The notes beneath the pieces were generated by a model. That model worked only from the letters and a program-made list of their open reading frames with translations, ran no database searches and was not told the origin of the DNA. Below are positions 60,221 to 64,000 of a stretch of 64,000 nt of DNA, in pieces. Source of the stretch: Cladosporium halotolerans (Eukaryota); contig NW_027191458.1 in assembly GCF_011745625.1 (NCBI RefSeq), positions 806,001 to 870,000 of the forward strand, written 5' to 3'. Each line of letters begins with the position of its first letter. The stretch's first letter is position 1. The position numbers were made by a program, and so were the translations under genes.

Positions 60221-61666
60221 ATGCCGTTTTCCTTTGCACTGCCAACTACGAGCTCTGCCAACCTTTCGGACTTCTTCACCAGCAGCACCCATCCATCGCT
60301 ACCTTTGCTGGCGACGACAAAACGCAGCGTCTTCAAAGATGCCCTGAAGAAGCACAAACGTATCTCGCCACGTGATCAACCTGCACATCTGCCGGCAGTG
60401 CAAGATGCCGCCAATGCTTACATACCATATCTCCTCGCTCTCAACACTGCATCAGCATATCGCGATGTCGGTCTCGAAGAAGTCAGCGTAGAAATTGTGA
60501 AGCCACTCGAGGTCGAGTGGCGTACGACCATCTCCGCTACCATCCCAGGTCGAGAGGCGCCTAGGCCAAAAGTCACTGGCCTGCATCATGAGCTGGCTTT
60601 CACATTGTCTTCTCTGGCTTACACATACTCTTTGCTCGCCCGCTCACAGCTGCGTTCGTTGTATGCATCGAACGTCCTTTCGCCGGAGCAACGGACTGCC
60701 GCTATCAGCTCCGCCATGAAGCACCTACTTGATGCTCACAGCATCCACTCCTTCTTGCTCTCCTTGCCGTCGGTATCTGCTGCCAAAGATGGTCCTCCAG
60801 ACGTTCAAGCCTCAACAATCACCGCCTTAGCTGCTTTGGCCATGGCAGAAGCAACGCTCGTCGTCGTCTCGAAAGACGACCCGTACGCGTCTGCTGTCGC
60901 AGACGACAGAAATGAGAACAACCGAGACTGGATGTACAAGGCTCCAACTATTCCCAAAGTCCGTGCGCACCTCTACGCACGCATATGTCTGGCCGCGGCT
61001 GAGCACGCAGGCCAAGCACACGGTCTCCTCGCTCGCAGTGCCACTGGCAAGATCGATGAAGACCTGATCAAATACGCCAACGATCTTCGACGCACCGCCA
61101 GAGGCAAAGCTATTCGGTTCCTTGCAATCAACGCTGAGCTTTCGGGCAGTACTGGAGAGGCACTGGCCTGGCTCAATGGCGCCAAAAGGGAACTTGGTCT
61201 CTCGAGTGGATCCGGTGAAGATGGCAAACGCAAAGGCTTGCGCGGGCTCAAGCAGAGCTGGCAGGAGAGACGCGAAGACAAGCGCGTAGAGAAGGGAGGC
61301 GAATGGGGCTTGGACGCAGGCAGATTGGAGGAAAGTCGAATCGTGGAAATGTTGGATGCAAAGTGGGATCGTGAAAACAGCACTGTCAACGTGCAGCTAG
61401 TCCCTGATTTCGAACCCTTGCTCTCGCAGATGCCGAGCGGACGAGAGTATCATACGCCGCAGCCCTGGTCACCGCCGGTCCTCGACGCCAGTTCGTTGAT
61501 GCAAATGCGGGCTCCACCCGAGCCTGCGCAGAAGGCTTTCGAGGGAGAAGAAGATGACAGCGGGAGTGAAGGTGGCTACGGGGGACTGTCTCCAGAGCCT
61601 GTAGGGGCATTCCCCGGAACCGCTGCTGATTATGGCAGGAGTGCCACAAGTAGTAGCTACTACTAG
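60221..61666 (+). CDS. palC: pH-response regulator PalC (Bro1-domain protein)
   Basis: MPFSFALPTTSS..HPSLP..R..LKKHKR, YIPYL, DDPY, DWMYKAPTIPKVRAHLYAR, WG.DAGRLEE.R, MPSGRE, C-terminal YY. Confidence 0.9.
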   Translation: MPFSFALPTTSSANLSDFFTSSTHPSLPLLATTKRSVFKDALKKHKRISPRDQPAHLPAVQDAANAYIPYLLALNTASAYRDVGLEEVSVEIVKPLEVEWRTTISATIPGREAPRPKVTGLHHELAFTLSSLAYTYSLLARSQLRSLYASNVLSPEQRTAAISSAMKHLLDAHSIHSFLLSLPSVSAAKDGPPDVQASTITALAALAMAEATLVVVSKDDPYASAVADDRNENNRDWMYKAPTIPKVRAHLYARICLAAAEHAGQAHGLLARSATGKIDEDLIKYANDLRRTARGKAIRFLAINAELSGSTGEALAWLNGAKRELGLSSGSGEDGKRKGLRGLKQSWQERREDKRVEKGGEWGLDAGRLEESRIVEMLDAKWDRENSTVNVQLVPDFEPLLSQMPSGREYHTPQPWSPPVLDASSLMQMRAPPEPAQKAFEGEEDDSGSEGGYGGLSPEPVGAFPGTAADYGRSATSSSYY

Positions 61667-61756
61667 ATTCCCATCGATTCCAAACTCACGGCTCGGTCGT
61701 CTAGGTCGCGCTGTCCTGTATCTATATAGTACAATATCTGACGATGCTCTATGATC

Positions 61757-62950
61757 TTACAACTTCACAACCTCCCAATCCCGCAGGTCCAGCTTCGAAA
61801 GCACTCCACCGAGCGGTCCTTGGACCTCTTTGCCATTTTGCCAGTCTTTAGGGCCAGCCCAAAGCTTGATGAATCCGTCTGGTCCTGAGACGAACATGAT
61901 GTTCTTGCCCTCTGGCTTCGCTTCCGGCGAGAAAGACGCCCTCACCAACGTCGTGGCATCTATGGGCCTGATGAAAGCGTCCTCGTCGTCAACAAAGTAA
62001 TCCACAGCAACCCTACCCGCTCCCTCACGCTTCAGTACCTCCAGTCTCCTCACAATCTCGCCCTTTGGCCTAGCCACCATCGCCGCATCCGTCGCCTTCC
62101 CTTCTTTCCCGGGAGTGCTGAAAGGACTCCACCACCCAGCAAACATCTCCGACCAAGACGCCCCCGCCGAAACCGTATCACTCTTGCCGCCCTCACAGTC
62201 CTCCCGCCTCCTGTTCGCCCACAGCACATGCACATCCGCCTCACCAGCCACAGCCTTCGCAGCCTGCAACGCCGGCGCAATTCCCGTCCCGCCCGCGAGG
62301 AACACCACCTTGCCCACCCTCTCCGGCAAAACATACTCAGCATTCGGCCCACGCACCTCCACCTCCGCGCCAGCCTCCAGCCTATGCAAGTATCCCGACA
62401 CCTCGCCGCCCCTCTCCTTGCGGATCAGAAACCGCAGCTCGTCCGCCGCCTGGCCCGGCTCGGGCGGCAGCAGCGTGTACGCGCGCGCGATCTGCAGCTG
62501 CGGCTGCTTGAACAGCACGCTCCTGATCGCGCGCTCGCCGCCCTCGGCAGCCGCCAAATCCACGCCCTTCCCGCCCGCGATGGGCCTCAGCGTGAAAATC
62601 GCACACGTCGACGAGACCTCCTCGCGGCCCGCGATGCGGTACTTCACAAAGCCGTCCTCGCCCACGCTCGCTGCGCCGCCGGCGCCGCCGTTGGCCTTCT
62701 TGTGCTTGTAGACGCTGTAGCCGAAAGCCGCCGCGACGCCGATCGAGACGCCGAGAATTTTAGAGAAGCGGCTGAGCCGGGCGTCGTTGCCTTTGCTGTC
62801 TTTGGGCGAGGGCGGCTCGTAGTGGGGGACTTGTTGGTGCTGGCGCGCGCGGGCGGTATGCGCGAAAGCGCGTTTAGGGGCGGTGGTTGGGCGGAGGCAT
62901 CGTGAGGGTGCTGATGCGAGTTTTTGCGCGCGGGCGACTTGTGGGCGCAT
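61757..62950 (-). CDS. CYC2: Mitochondrial FAD/NAD(P)-binding reductase (cytochrome b5 reductase family, Cyc2-like)
   Basis: Arg-rich presequence plus TM segment; KQPQLQIARAYT, GEVSGYL, VRGP, FLAGGTGIAP, LWANRR, VSGPDGFI..AGPK..QGPLGGVL. Confidence 0.8.
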   Translation of the reverse strand: MRPQVARAQKLASAPSRCLRPTTAPKRAFAHTARARQHQQVPHYEPPSPKDSKGNDARLSRFSKILGVSIGVAAAFGYSVYKHKKANGGAGGAASVGEDGFVKYRIAGREEVSSTCAIFTLRPIAGGKGVDLAAAEGGERAIRSVLFKQPQLQIARAYTLLPPEPGQAADELRFLIRKERGGEVSGYLHRLEAGAEVEVRGPNAEYVLPERVGKVVFLAGGTGIAPALQAAKAVAGEADVHVLWANRRREDCEGGKSDTVSAGASWSEMFAGWWSPFSTPGKEGKATDAAMVARPKGEIVRRLEVLKREGAGRVAVDYFVDDEDAFIRPIDATTLVRASFSPEAKPEGKNIMFVSGPDGFIKLWAGPKDWQNGKEVQGPLGGVLSKLDLRDWEVVKL

Positions 62951-63451
62951 TTTCTTCTAATTGCGAGGCTTGTTGGTTTGGAAGGGAAGTGGTGGGTTCG
63001 CATTGGGTTGGTTGGAATTTGGGGATGCTTTCTCGGGCATGACGTGGGACGTTGGCTTCGATCGTCGACTACCATGTAAAGTACGTTTTTTGTTATTGTA
63101 TGCAAGGATAAATACGGCAACGATCTTTGAGCGTGGGAGAAATACATCTAATTTGCGAATGGCTACTGTAAATCGTTAAGGTGGAGCCAAGACTAGGTAT
63201 GCTAATAGATATGACATCGTAAGAATCACGAAGGCGTAGGTTGATGTGCGAAACGAAATCGAAGTCCAAAAATCCACTCAAAACCATGCCATCGACATCA
63301 GTCATACAAAATTCGTCCGGAGAAGGGAAATATTGCTGAAAACCGCTCGACCGCCCAAGGTGATTAAACGCCTGCTCGTCCCGCCGCTGACCGAAGTTTT
63401 TGCCTGACCACCAAAGAAACCATGCCGTGATCGTCAATGAGCCCTGCCGTC

Positions 63452-64000
63452 TCAGAGCCAATAGCTCTCGCCGCTCTTCGAGATGATAAACTCACACCCC
63501 AGACCCTTCCCATCCTCCTGTAACGCCTGCTCATGAGCATTGAGCTCTTCCAAAATAGTGTCGCCCACGTAAGGGCCGTCTTTGAAGGTGTCTTTGACGT
63601 GGATGATAACGACCTTCAAGCCCTTCAGAGGCAGATCCCAATTCCCTGCATCGTGCGTGTAAGACCTGCCGACGTCGAATGTATTTGCTTTCGATAAGCC
63701 GTTTGGTCCGAAATGAGGACGAGCCTGATTCGGGGATTGAGGGTGGGATGTGGACATTGGCGACATCGGCGCGTCTGCAGCAGAGTCCGATGCCATATAA
63801 TGAGATTGATCAGCTGGCGATGGAGGCCCAGAAGAAACCTGCATCGGGGATGTGCCAGGGGCGCTGTGGTCGGGTTCACTTCTTCGACGATAGTTCTGGC
63901 TGATAGTCCGGCCAGCCAGGCTACGGCTGCGTTTCTTCTCACTCTCGCCAACAGCGTGACGCGCGACTTCTCCACTGGAGATGCCAGACCGCTTCCGTTT
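63452..64000 (-). CDS. PDE1: 3' end of a low-affinity (class II) cAMP phosphodiesterase; 5' part beyond the window
   Basis: The frame is open from 64000 (KRKRSG..) to the stop at 63452. C-terminus PLKGLKVVIIHVKD..ILEEL..LGCEFIISKSGESYWL is typical of fungal PdeL/Pde1. Confidence 0.78.
   Translation of the reverse strand, partial: KRKRSGISSGEVARHAVGESEKKRSRSLAGRTISQNYRRRSEPDHSAPGTSPMQVSSGPPSPADQSHYMASDSAADAPMSPMSTSHPQSPNQARPHFGPNGLSKANTFDVGRSYTHDAGNWDLPLKGLKVVIIHVKDTFKDGPYVGDTILEELNAHEQALQEDGKGLGCEFIISKSGESYWL

Overview
Gene-dense eukaryotic DNA from a filamentous ascomycete. It has short GT-AG introns with CTRAC/CTRAY branch sites, and the gene set and protein style suggest a Dothideomycete (inference only). 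I can support about 24 protein-coding genes. In order: ECM29 (3' end outside the window), ERV2, ATG1, PRO3, a small Tyr/Asp-rich protein, ERG12, a bem46-like hydrolase, PRE3, a Pho80/PCL cyclin, a TslA/TPS3-type trehalose subunit, an accessory-looking block (PaiB-family protein, PTH11-like membrane protein, secreted BBE-type FAD oxidase, MDR reductase), an AVT3/4 transporter, IDO-gamma, a GAF hybrid histidine kinase, ERD1/EXS, THOC5, a PAQR/IZH protein, a stand-alone highly reducing PKS, palC, a CYC2-like reductase and the 3' end of a class II cAMP phosphodiesterase. I found no tRNA, rRNA, CRISPR array or recognisable transposon. Four observations stand out. (1) An orphan HR-PKS has degenerate C-methyltransferase and enoyl-reductase motifs and no tailoring or release genes beside it. 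(2) About 13 roughly 1-kb GC-rich islands switch from C/A-rich to G/T-rich on the + strand, in genes on either strand and also mid-gene. (3) A cluster and tandem array of PacC-type GCCARG sites lies upstream of the histidine kinase. (4) An unannotated aldehyde-reductase pseudogene fragment sits directly behind IDO. All gene names come from motif recognition by eye, not from database searches.
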